Of a stretch of DNA of 64,000 nucleotides, positions 40,401 through 52,900 are shown piece by piece. The stretch's first letter is position 1, and each line of letters opens with the position of its first letter. Source of the stretch: Phoronis australis (taxonomy: Eukaryota > Animalia > Phoronida); contig NMRA01000212.1 in the NCBI GenBank assembly GCA_002633005.1, positions 485,312 to 549,311 of the forward strand, read 5' to 3'. Made by a program: the position numbers and the translations under genes. The notes beneath the pieces are model-generated. The model did not search any database, had not been told where the DNA came from, and saw only the letters and a program-made list of their open reading frames with translations.

Positions 40401-43400
40401 TGCCCTATATGGTTTGCATTGTGTTTAACTGCCACAGAAGTTTGAATCTTAAAGTGCTTAAAATCACCAATTCCATATCAAAAACACTAAAACCGAGCCC
40501 ACAAGTCGATTAGCTATCAAATCAGAAAACCCGAAAAACTATCTGACAATATTTAAATATGATTATCTCGAGTTATGAGCATTTCCTGGTCCACGATGAA
40601 TACAATGTAGAATCGGGACAACCAATCGCAGCACCAGTCATCCTCCATTGTGTTTATTGTGAAAAGTCGTCAGATATTACCGCTCATTTTCCAAGGTTTA
40701 TGGTATAGTAAAGAATGGCAAGGAGTTGTGTTTGTAATGGTTGTGACAACTCAGTATTTGAGCATGTTGTGGCTCTTTTCACTTTCCTGCGGGACACTCA
40801 ATGAAGCGCGGATATGGCACGAGCTTGTACAAGAAACTCGGGTATTGGTAGACATGACACACTGGCGCTGGGTACGTTCATACATCATACTTGTGTCTGT
40901 AGAGATAAAAAACTTATATTTCTGCTATTTTCTCATTTTTGTGATTTTATTCAATTCATGGTTGTGATATGCAGTGCTATAAAGATATGGTTAATGATAC
41001 TATCAATGCAGTCACTTGTCAAAACAAGGTAAATCGTGGTTTTAGCACTTTAAGAAAACCAGACATGAAAAAACGTGTTTTCATGACATGGACTCAAATC
41101 CGTGTCTATTTGTGACAATCTGACGTGATGTGAGTTATTTTTATAGATTTCTTATGGAGGCAGTTTGATAGGATTACAAAAAATGTCCTGAACAACCACT
41201 GATACACAATGCATCACACATAGCTAAGCTACATCATTTTCAGTTGTAGTCACTAAAGTAGAAAAATTACAAGAAAATGACTGAAGAGCAAGCAATAAGC
41301 TAACACATATTACCTGGTCTGTGTTTGGTTTTCGACCAATCAGGACAAAACGTTCATGCTGAAGAGACTTGAGTGGCACCTGTTCTCTGCAGCAGACTTG
41401 AACAAGAAGGTCCTGCTTTGTAAAGAATTTGAAAACCTCAGAGACAGTATACAAAAAAATAGTGATACGAGTAAACAATTCTGAGAGTAGTGCCTGACTC
41501 AGGATATGCAAAGGGCTCCGCCAGAATAACATTAAATCTTCATCAATAGATTAAATTCTTTAATCTCTGCTTAATTAACTAAGAAACTGTGAGGGAGTGA
41601 CATAGTAATCAGACATTGGGTTTCAATGCTTGTCTTGAAAACACTAACCTTTTCATCTCCTTTGTTAATATCTGTGCAGAACCTGCAAGTAAAAAAATGT
41701 ATCACTAAAGAGAAATCACCTGTTGGCCAATTCCTGTGTTGCTTTCCAACATATAATTTGCAATATCTTTACAGAGCTCGATTTGGCGACCTGCAGTTCA
41801 CCGATGCCACTTCAAAACGTGTTTGGCAACCTCGTAAATATCCCAACTCACCACACAATAATTCATCCGGAATTCACTTCAAAATTTGTGGTGACTTCCA
41901 AACTTAAATTACATTTTCCCAAGATTCAATTGGTTCACAATTGATTTTTTAGGTTCGTGACTTCTACCATCAACTGTTCTTCCACGAGGTTCCGTACATG
42001 TCACGAAAAAATTAGCCAAATTGGTTTCATTTCATTACAAGGTTTTAGTATTCTAATGCCAGCAAACCAAATTTCAGAAAACTTTGTTGCTGCGAGGCTA
42101 CCATCGTCTCCCGACAGATGTCGCAAAAAATTAGGAAATGCCGCAACAGGTACATGTACGAATCACGAGCGTATTGTTTTCAAAATGACGACTTTTCCTT
42201 TGTGACAAAAGGTGGAAAATTATGCACAAAAATGACGTTGATTAGATTGTTTTACACTTAAACGGATGTAACGGGCAAGGTATGTGTCAGTTTACTCCCA
42301 GATTTTGAATGCACCCCCGCTGGTCGTTAATTGTACACGGTGCTATAAGTTTCACGATGAGGTGACGTGTAGAACTACCTGGGCTGTGTGAAGTTTCGGG
42401 GTCTAACGAAGCTCAGCACATAGTGGTGCCTAGCTGAATTTTGACAATTAGTCTTCATACTGCTAGTTGGCTAGACAACTACATCGCCCTAGATGCAACA
42501 GGCATACAGCGGCGGTAGTAGATCTTCATAAAAAAAAGTTACTTGCCTCAAAATACAGCAAATAAAGTCGAACCAAACATGCATATACACACATTGAGTT
42601 ATCATTAAGAATACCATGACTGCGTAAAATTTTGACATGATTACTTGAACATATCCACAAAAATCTATCGTGGCTCGCTCAAGCTTCTCTCACCCAGTGC
42701 CATTTTAAGGAAAGTATGTGATATCATGGCTGTTGACGAACAAAAAGTCCAAGGGATGCAAATCTTAAAAAATACACTGGATATCTTCCCATGCCATTTT
42801 GCAAGTGTCAAGTGACAACTCACGTGCTTCACTCAGTCTCGCTATAGTCTTTGCTGGTCTTACGTGCCTCAGTTGAAATACTTTATTAGTGGTTATGGCG
42901 CACAGTGAAAAATTTAACGGCGACAAAAAAGTGGAGTTGGAATTCTTCACCAAAGTCACCTCAATTCCCATAGACATGCATCGTCAAAGATATGTACAGA
43001 ACCAGAAAGGATTGATGAAGAAAGAAAGCACTTTTTTTAACATGGGTGGCGTACCATAGGGGGATTGGGGGCTGTAGCCCTCACTTTTTTCAGTACTGCA
43101 CCACCCATGGTCTATGGGCAGTGCACTACAGGGGCTTAATAGCCCCCAACTTTTTTCAGTGCTGCGCTGCCTGTATTTAAATAATTTTAAGCGTAAAATG
43201 TATGTTTGACGATGTGAAAACTTCTTAGTCGGACAGCGTATTTCGCCTACTGCTCGTTTAAAATACATGGGACAAAATTGGTACAGAAAGAGTATTGTAG
43301 CTCCATCCAGCCAACCGAGGTCGGGCAGTTAGGGGCTAAAATACTTGTCATTGCTTTCTGTATGAATTTCGTTCCATGTATTTTAAACGGGCGGTAGATG

Positions 43401-46400
43401 ATATCCGCTCACTGATTAAAAGTTTTCACCTCATCCAAAATACAGTCTACACTGTTAAAACTATGACTTAAAAATGTACTTACTTTCTTCAGTGATCCTT
43501 TCTGCTTCTGCACATATCTTCGATGAAGCATAGTTACGAAAATTAAGGTGACTTTGGTGAAGAATTCCAACTCCACTTTTTGGTTAACGTTAACTTTTTC
43601 ACCGCGCGCGCGATAACCACAAAGTATTTCAACTGAGTCACGTGACTTAGGCAAAGGATACCACGAGACTGGGCGTGTGACCTTGCAAAATAGCATGGGG
43701 AGATATGAGGTGAAATTTGTAAGATTTGTGTCCCTTGGACTTTTTGTTCGTCAACACATGTAATTTCCTCAAAATGGCAATTACCTATAAGAGAAACTCG
43801 AGCAAACCGCGACATATTTTCATCGATTAATTTGTTCAAATTATCTTGACTGAATCGTCTCCAGACTTATGGTATGTGTTAGTAACTCCATGTGCATATA
43901 TGCATGTGTCAGTTGATTTTATTTCTTGTATTTTGAAATTCGTAATTTTTGTGGGAATGTACTATCGCCTTTGTATGCCTGGGGCATCCAGGGCGATATA
44001 ATTGCCTACTAGTACTAGTCTACTAGTAGCCAGGCAGCTAGCTGTATGAAGACTGTCGTCACAATACGGCTAGGTACCACTCAGTGTTTTTATTACATAG
44101 ACCCCGAAATTGTACACAGCCAGGGTAGTTCTGCTCATCAGCTCATCATGAAACTTGTTTCAACATGTAAAGCTAAAGACCGGACAGGGTGCATGCAAAA
44201 TCTGGGAGTCAACCGACACTCACCTTGTCTGTTACAACCGTTTAAGTGAAAAACAATGCAACAAACGTCATTTTTTGCGTCATTCTTGACCTTTTGTAAA
44301 AATGAAGAGTATGTTGTCATTTTGAAAACAGTATGCCCGTGTCACGCGCACGTGCTATTTTCTAAATTTTTGCGAAAACTTCACAGCAGCAAAGTTTGTC
44401 GGTTTTTGGTATAAAAATTCTAAACACTTGTAACTAAATGAAACCAAGTCTGATAATTTGTTGTGACATCTACACAACCTCGTGGAAGAAGGACAGTTGA
44501 TTGAAGAATCGGCGAAAAAAGAAACTGACCATCAGGTGACACAATATTTCATGGTGCCACAAGCTGTTGCTAAAGATCGCTCCAAAACTTTAGCAGCAGA
44601 ATACCGGTAGAATGCCATTTTTTCCAACACCGTTAAATAATTTAGTTTACTCAAGGAAGACTGTAGTTTTTAATGACATTAATTTTGTGTCAGATTTGAT
44701 CTTGTCATTTTCTTACCCACATTGGCGCAAAGCCGTATATTTATACAGCTTTGGCCTTTGCCGTTTGCGCCTAAGCTAGCCTACAGTACAGGCCCTACTA
44801 ACCTTGGCACAAAGCTGTATATAAGTTAAATATACAGCTTTGTACCGTAATATAAAATCTGACACAAAATTAGTGTCATTGAAAACTACAGTCTTCCTTG
44901 AGTAAACTGAATTATTTAACGGTGTTGGAAAAATGGCATTCTACCGTTATTCTGCTGCTAAAGTTGTGGAGCGATCTTCTACGTCGGCTTTCGGTGTCAC
45001 CTATTGGCCAGTTCCTTTCTTTGGCGATTCTTCAATGAACTGTTGTTCTTTCAGGAGGTTGCGTACACGTCACAACAAATTCTTGGAACTAGTTTCCCTT
45101 CATTATAAGTTTTTAGAATATGGATACCAAAAAAACGAATTTCAGAACAAATTTTGCTGCTGTGAAGTTGTCGCAAAATTTAGGAAATGGCGTGTGCGCG
45201 TGACACGAGCGTACTGTTTTCAAAACGACAACATACTTTTCATTGTTATAAAAGGTCGAGAATGACACAAGAAAATGACGTTTGTTGCATTGTTTTTGAC
45301 TAAAACGGTTGTAATGGGCAAGGTGAGTGTCGTTTGATTCCCAAATTTTGCATGCACCCCGTCTGGTCTTTAGCTCTACATGTTGATACAAGTTTCACGG
45401 CGAGGTGACGACCAAAACTACCTGGGCTGTGTGAAATTTCAGGGTCTACGGTCGAAATACACACAGAGGTCAGTGGCGGATCTAGGATATCACAAGGGGG
45501 GGGCAACATTCTGTCTGGCTGTAAGCATTTGCGCAAACTGAACCACGATTGTAGATGCGCATAGCACCGAATGGGGGGAGGTCGCCCAGGAAATTTTTCT
45601 GTTTTTACCTCTAAAAATCAAGCATTTTTCTTGATTCCTGAAGTATTATCCAAGAAAAAAAGGCCAAAAAAAAACACGGAGAACGTGTGAAACAGGAAAA
45701 ACTTCAAGTACCAAAGACTCGAACTCACGACCTGACGGATAGAATGAGCGTGCGTTACCACTACACCACCACGATTCAACTAGTTATCTAATACTAAGAG
45801 ACCTACTTGTTTATGGTCCACAGTGTTTGCGCACGAAACCTATTTCTTTTTGTAATGCTTATTACACGTTTTATATTTTGTGCCATCAATTCTTAACAAA
45901 TTTGTCGTATTTAAAATAGTCTTCAAATGCCCAAAAGACCAAATCCGTTTTTCGTGTTGGCAATAATGACGGGATTGCTTTGGAAATCGTCTTAAGATAA
46001 GGTTTGACAAAGAGAGTATTGCCACTTTCTGAGTGATTCACTAAGGCTTCGATTAAAATTCACATCTTACCAGCAGCTTCTGTTTTTTCATCGTCAATCA
46101 GGTTCCATTTTCTTTAAAAAATGAAGTAAAACTTCTTCATTGCACAGTGGAGCAGACGACGGAAACGGAGTCGTAGTGCGCAGCGCCACTGCCGGTCGCC
46201 TGGGATATCGCGGGAGAGCCTATACTTAGACATAGTTCCGTTACGAATGCGCCGTGTTTGGAATTTGACACTTGAAATTGGATTTGAGCCCCCCCNTTTT
46301 TGCGGCAGCCAAGAGGGGGGGCAGGGCCCCCTGCCCCCCCACCCTAAATCCGCCTATGGAGGTACCTAGCTGTATTTTGACGACGGTCTTCATGCAGCTA

Positions 46401-46565
46401 GCTGGCTGACAGCCCTACGGCTGACAGTTGAGTGAGTTGAGACCGCGGTAATGCAGCAACTGGTCCACTGAATCTACTTTCTTACTGTAAACTAACGCCA
46501 GTTGTCTAATCAAGAACTTACGCTAATATCTTATCAACTGTCTTGTAGTCGGAAGCAACAGACAT
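28468..46565 (-). CDS. ZWILCH: Zwilch kinetochore protein (RZZ complex), about 569 aa
   Basis: 16 phase-compatible exons: 46565-46522, 41682-41649, 41412-41314, 40142-39955, 39208-39072, 38914-38838, 37865-37713, 36926-36855, 36205-36121, 35444-35301, 32863-32784, 32252-32096, 30449-30287, 29777-29682, 29437-29319, 28529-28468 (1710 nt). Motifs matching Zwilch: EFTWQPVTSILQSPP, RLDLDFTESLW, PLRLVAEIGLEKVTRDFINVFL, TPKEW. N-terminal exons and the last exon are less certain. Confidence 0.9.
30773..30985. repeat. GT-rich cryptic microsatellite (~18-bp period)
   Basis: GTGTTTGTGTGCTTGTGT / GTGTTTGTGTGCATGC variants in tandem. Confidence 0.9.
33428..35113 (-). mobile_element. HINE/DINE-1-like Helentron derivative with about 3.5 tandem ~400-440 bp units
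   Basis: Hairpin ATGCGTCCAC..GTGGGCGCAT (35085-35111), GGAC-type microsatellite (~35050-35070), matching subterminal CGCCCAC and stem-loop CAACGCGGAGCGTTG at the other end. Unit anchors at 33515, 33917, 34341 and 34778. Confidence 0.8.
36530..36780 (-). mobile_element. tRNA-derived SINE remnant
   Basis: The minus strand reads taactcagtgattag (A box), ggttcagtc (B-box-like), then a SINE-core-like ctgtttaaaatgaatacctg...cagcatcctgtttagggga. Confidence 0.5.
38245..38540 (-). repeat. Fragment of the HINE central unit
   Basis: aaatcgttgtcagccatcc...aacagtaaaatggc...gccaaatttcaagaaaatcc is colinear with the 34.2-34.5 kb unit. Confidence 0.65.
41955..43325 (+). mobile_element. Family A copy, interrupted by small GC-rich elements at about 43021-43172
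   Basis: Colinear with 18700-19900. Confidence 0.75.
43540..44755 (-). mobile_element. Family A copy, inverted
   Basis: Reverse complement of 18455-19690. Hairpin end at 44725-44755. Confidence 0.8.
44805..46410 (+). mobile_element. Family A copy, split by the insertion at 45471-46358
   Basis: Hairpin start cacaaagctgtata...tatacagctttgt. Resumes after the insertion with gaggtacctagctg. Confidence 0.8.
45471..46358. mobile_element. Nested hAT-like non-autonomous element with 5-bp TSD
   Basis: TIRs CAGTGGCGGAT / ATCCGCCTATG, with GAGGT duplicated on both sides. Internal 45790-45970 recurs at 63820-64000. Confidence 0.75.
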
Positions 46566-46582
46566 CGTCAATCAGCAACAAC

Positions 46583-46936
46583 CTACACAGAATGAGAATG
46601 TTCCCAGATCAGTACATGTTCTACACGGAACTCTTAAATATCGCGCCAGGTACCCTATAAATAATTATTTCGAATAATGAAAAGGAAAACCCTAAAAATA
46701 ATGCAGTCGTGATATTGTTTCGTCGAAATTTCTCTTTTGTTATGGTAACTAAAAATAAGAAGCTTTTAATTGTTATTTTATCATCAAACTACCTAAAAAT
46801 TTAAAAAAACATGAAACGATTTTACGAACTTTTACGATAGATGTCACTTCAAACCAGGAAGTTGTGGTCAACGATGTGTTGACTGCGCCCTGTACATCCA
46901 GGCACGAAAGGGACCTCAAAACTCTTGCCTGCCAAA
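46583..46936. promoter_or_regulatory. Bidirectional promoter / 5' region of Zwilch and the membrane-protein gene
   Basis: Divergent start codons at 46565 (-) and 46937 (+) are about 370 bp apart. CHR-like TTTGAA on the minus strand at 46848-46853, ETS-like CAGGAAGT at 46855, E2F-like TCGCGCCA at 46641. Confidence 0.6.
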
Positions 46937-49900
46937 ATGTCCGTTGAAAGTTCGGACAATCCAAGCGACCCCATTACTTTTGAGGATTTAGGAATTCCTC
47001 GACAAGAACACACGCAGGACACAATCTTAGGAAAGGTCAGTAAGAGACACAGACATTCATCACTGATTCATTTGTTGGTCGAGTAACTGTAATTTACAGT
47101 AGTGGCGAGACGGCAGAGACTGAGAGAGTGAAAGTGAAACTGAATGTGAGAAGCGATTGGACTGGGAGTGCAAGTCACGCCCTTAGTGGTCTCATGGTTT
47201 GACTATGTAGCTGAAGACACGGTGATTAGCTGCTTTTTGCAATTGAAACGAAAGCCTTCAATCAATGCTAATAATATGCAGAGTCGCTAGAATCACAGGG
47301 TAACCCATCAGACGGGGTTTTTTGTAAGCAGCATCCCCTGGTGTTCTACAGGTGTATAATTGGTGATTGAAAGCCTTCAATGGATACCGAAACATGCAGT
47401 TAATTGCAGGAATCGCAGGGTAGACATTCCAGGAAAACCAGCACCCCTGGTGTTCTACAGGTGTAGAATCGGTGATTAGCTGCTATAGTTTGATCGAAAG
47501 CCTTCAATCAATGATAATACGCAGATCGCTAAAATTGCAGGGTAGTCCGTCAGAGCAGCTTGTCATTCGGCCATGTTAGTAGTGCCCCTGGTGTTCTACA
47601 TGACTGGTGTAGAATTGCTAATTAGCTGTTAATATGCGATTGGAAGCCTTCAATTGATGCTAATATGCAGAATCGCTAGAATCACAGGGTAGCCGTTAGA
47701 GTTAAGCCTGTAATTCCTGAAAGCAGCGCCCCTGGTGATTAGTGGCCAATGTGCGATTGAAAGCCTTCAATCGATGCTTATATGCATAATCATTGGAATC
47801 GCAAAGTAGCCTATGAGTCAGAGCATACCATAATTCCATGTAAGTAGCGCCTCTGGTGGTATAATGTTCAAAGGAGGCTTACTATTTTCCCTTCAAACTT
47901 TATTGCTGACATGCAGTTCTCCTTTGCTAATGTAACGAATAAGCCACTAGTACTGTGCCATGCTCACCTGGTGGTGAATGTTATCAGGGTAATCTTTTAC
48001 AATATGACGACATTAATTGACCTACACATATGATTTTGGTATCATTCGATTTCTTGCATCATTATTGTTCCAAAAATGTACTAAAATATCTCTATCCTAT
48101 TCCCTTAGTGTCAAATTTCTGCTCGCGGTATTTCCCGGTAGATACCCGCCATGTTGAATGGAAGGAATTGACCGAGACCCATTGACTCCGGGCCCCGAGC
48201 TGCGGTTCCATGGGTTTAAATTCCTATTGTGGCCCTGGAACGCATTCACTAGCAGGAATCCATGAAAAAAGGGGTTGTTTCCAAGGTCCAAATTTGTGAA
48301 AAGAGTATGACTTCCAAGAATTCCGTGGAAAAACGGTCAAATGATTTCAGTTCTAAAAATTCATGGAAAAGGATGAAGTGCTGCCCCTTGTTGCTCCATG
48401 TAAACTCAGGAAAACATTAGGGAGAATCTCGTGCCGGTGAACACCATTCAGAATCGATGCTGCTGCTTCATTTATTAGCAACAGGTGTCAGTGTAATCTT
48501 GGGTTGAGTGAACATGGCGGTGTCAACTGTGAAATAGTATGAACAGAAATTTGACAATAATTTAGTTAGGAAATGCGGTAGGGGACATTTTTGGATTGAA
48601 AACGATTGACGGAATTGAATGATACCAGGAAGAGATCTCTTCCTGATGATACGAATATGTGTAGGTTAATGTTGTCATATTCTAAACGATTACCATTATC
48701 AGTAAAACATATTAACTTATTGTGTATAGTAGATAGTGCTGTTTTTGTCAACATGCAACATTCTTCAATCAAACTTTGTTTCAAAGCCAAAGCATGTTGT
48801 AGACTGTTGCCAGGCAACCCTTGCTCTCCCTTTTTTCTTCTACTGATTTCCAAGAAATTGAGAATTAAAAAAAACACAATTTTTACAATTGTGCTTGGGT
48901 TCTTGACAATTTCATGTAAGTCTTAGGAATTTCTGTCCTGCTGTGACTGAAATTAGTTTCAAGAAAAAGTTTAGGGTTTGATATTTCATTTAACAATGAT
49001 GACAAGTGACTAGATCACCCGTCAAGTCTGTCAAATAGCTACAATTAGTGACTACTCACTCAATAAGTTGGTTAAATAAGCAGGTCTTGCTATTCACCTG
49101 ACATTCTTTTCAGTGAGCCCATTGTGGAGACAGTGTGGCTCTTGAGCTCCAGACTCCTGTTTGGGTGACCTCCAGGTTCAAATTCTGATGTCACTGACTG
49201 ACAATCGAGCATTGTACAAAGGTGTTTCCTACTCCTCACGCAACAGTATTGTTCGCCAAATAGCTGATTTTTGCTATTTACCCAACAAACTTGTACGTAA
49301 CATGGTTACGAGACACAACTGACATTGCTCAAAGAAATTATTTTCACTGTCTCCATGAGTGGCATGGAATGACCGATCAGATAAAATAAGCATTAGCTTT
49401 AATTGAATTCAAACTATTAAGTGACAATTTATAGGTAATAGTGCTTACCTTGTGTGCTTTGACTTTTCAAAAAGAAATGTGTGGCCATGCATTTGTTTGT
49501 GTTGAGTTAGTGATGCTCATGAAAATTATTACTGAGTGTTGTGTATGGTGTAAATAGCAAATATCAGCTTATTTGACCAACCTGTTACTTAGCAAAACCT
49601 GGCTTATAAAGCTGACTTGACAGATAAATAGCATTGGCCTTGGGTTATATTATTTTCATTTTGTTCTCCTCTAGGACCATATAATGATGAAATCCTGAAG
49701 ATAGAAATGTAGGAATGTTTTAGTGCAAAACTGTTGTTGATTGAGTGTTAATTGATATTGGCTTTAGGCAAGAACCTGTAGTGATATAACGAAGAAGGAA
49801 ATAGCATATCTTGTTATTTCTCTACTAAGTCTGTCAAGTGCACTGGGTATAACCATCTACAATGCAACTGGTTTCCCTAAGACAAGTGAAGACTTCACAT

Positions 49901-52900
49901 TTGCCTTGCTTCTTATTTTACAGATAGGTGAGTATACATTTGAATGGAATATCTTGATTATGGTACTATGGTAAAAAATATCCAATTCGGAAAAGCGATA
50001 AAGTAATTAGTTTGCTCATGGTCAGGCCTAAATGTACCAAATTTTAGAAATAGGCAATATTGGCTGTCCCAAATTTAAGAATTAAGATCACCTCAATGTT
50101 ATAGATGGATACTCATGAAAGCATTGAGTCAGTGGCCTTTTTCAATGATTTTATCAACAGTCAAGTATCAAAGCATATTATCTGGTATTTCAGAAATTTC
50201 ACAAATGCCAAAATCAACCACTTTCCAATATTCAGAATCAAGAAATTTCAATTTTGGCTTAAAGTTTTGTGTCCAAATTTTAGAGACTGTCCCAAACTGG
50301 AGAGTGTTTACTGTATCAAGTATGATTATTTCATTTGAACAGATTATTATGTTTTAAAATTTGTGGCAGCCAGTATGTCAGAGTTAAGTGTTACTTGACT
50401 GGCAACACCAAACTTGCACGATTTAGTTTCTGTCATCACTTTCACTTCTGTAAAACAACTTTCCCTGAGTTCAAACTGTCATACTTGCATATATGATATT
50501 ATTTGTGTTGTAAAACCAATTTCAGACAAAAATAATTGCCAAAACTAGTGGTCATTCCATATTCCAAAGCCTCTAACATTGTTCTGAATTCCCACCAGTT
50601 TCTCGAAACATTATGCGATGATAGCCATGGTATAAAACTAAAAAAAACTGCTTTAATGAGAAAATGAAAAGTAAAACTTGACTGAATTGCCAAAAATATG
50701 TCCTAAATTGGTGAAATTTTATCGTATCCCGTTTATCAGTTCTCTTGACTGTCGGAAGTGTCTAATCAATCTACGTATAATATTTTATAGCTTATCTATC
50801 CTAAGTCTCCGATCTCAAGATTATCTCAAACTTTATTTAGTGGCCTCCAACTCGTATATCAAAAAGTAGGCTTTGTCAACTAGTAAAAGTATAATATTTT
50901 CTGAAAGAATAAAGATAGAGAATTATTATGTTTTATATTTATGCATCAATGCATCATTGTTATTGTTATGTTAACACTAGCCAAACTCTCATTTTTAAAA
51001 AGGTACATTCATAGTAAATAACGCCTCGGTTGATTTTAATAAACCTTTGTTAAGTGAAAACTGCATCAGTTACCTCAAAAATGCCGTAACCAGAATTTTT
51101 TATTAGTCTTTTAGTTTGTTTTGTATGACAGATCAACTCACAAAATGTAAGGTATTCGTCTTTGTTACGTACCGTAAAAACTAGGTCTTTATATCGAAAA
51201 TTCGAACAGCGTTTTTGAGATTGATGAATAAATATTGAGTTTGGAAAGTTTCAGTGAAATTCACAGAGCTGCTTTGGAGAACTAATTTTCCTAAGTTTAA
51301 ATAAATTAAGTCGATTTGCCGAAGCTGAGAGAAAGGCAATTAAGTTGGGGACCAATTTTGTAAGATATCTACCAAGTTCGTTGATGGATGTTTGTGAAAT
51401 TTGGCAAAAAAGTTTCTTATCAAGGAGACAACAACAGTTGCCATGTTTCAGACAGATTTGACTCTTTTTATTTCATATACTATATGATATTATTAAACAC
51501 CAGAAGCACGCACTTTTCGTTGATCTTGTTGCACTTATTTTGGCAGTTGATGCTCATGTTCTTAATATGATCTCCGTAGGTTTTTGTGCATACTACGTCC
51601 TTCATGGAGTGTTCAGCGAACGGCCGTACGAGTTAATTGTATTTGTTGCCGCCACTTTCCTGCTCATTATCTACATTGTCATAAACTTCAGTATGGACGA
51701 TACTAGTTCCACCAACACCGTGAAATTGGTAAGTGTCTTGTTAATGTTATTAGGACCCAAAGATTCAAGTTTGGCTAACTTCAGTACATCCTTTCTTAGA
51801 AATGGCTGATCAGATTCAAATGAAACTTTCAGATATTACGTGCTCTTCAATGCATAATTTTTCAGGTGTTGTTAGTGTTATAAGGAGTCCTTTTACAGTG
51901 TTCCACTTTTGCTTGTGGGGTTAGCAGATATAGCGCTTTTGGGATTTTAATGAACGAAAGGTTTCGTCTTTGTAAGATGAAATCAAATTGGCCATGTTAT
52001 TGATTATACCATAATTGTTTCGCTATGAATGTACATTTTGTTTTTGGTAAATTTTACGGCTAATTGTGTTAACAACAAAAATTACTGGTTATAAGTATTA
52101 GGGTGGCAAAATTCTAATTACACAATGGATTAGCCATTAGCCACCTCACTTACTTGTTAATTGCCTATTTTTTGGTCATGAAGAAAAACATCTCTGATGA
52201 CGAATTCGGCTTCCGCCCAGCCGTCATGACGGAAATTCTGTCGAAATATTTTTGGCTTTTCCTTTAATTCTACTATGCTACCCTCCAGCAGAAATTAAAT
52301 TCAATGGTTTAGCTTACCAAATTTTTACTTATTGTTTAACTTGTTGTAGGAATTTGATGTCTTATCTCAGTAATCTGAGGATGCCATATCTGTCGAGTGT
52401 ATTTGATGCACAACCTGTATGCATCATACGCGTTTAAAATTACTCATAAATTATTTGATCTATCTAGTAATATTGAGATGAGATATTCAAAGTTGAACTA
52501 ACCTAGTTGGTGAAGTTCAAACAAGTTTCTATTTTCTCCTGACTGGAGACTCCAGTTTATGATTGATATGACTGACATGTATGAAGCCATTTCAAAAAAC
52601 AGTAATAGTGAAGAAGCTCTTAAAAAAACACTCACAGGTAAATTCTCCAAAAATTAATTGCGCTGTGCATGTTTGATACATGCCTGTGGCACAGGTATGA
52701 AAATACCCAAAGGGCATGGATACAGGTCTGACTGACAGTTCTTACTAGTAGGAGACGGAGTGTATTTCACTACTTCTTTACGTGTCAAAATCAAGCAAGT
52801 GTAGCAAAACCATTTGCACTATGATGCTATGAACGGTATATTATAAATAGTCTCATTAAACCGACAATTCTAAGTTGAAACAACTTAATTAATTGGAAAT

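Noticed and set aside
44933-45265. 110-aa ORF similar to ORF 18577-18819, suggesting a small gene family
   Set aside because: The similarity comes from family A repeat copies, and this frame is not preserved between copies.
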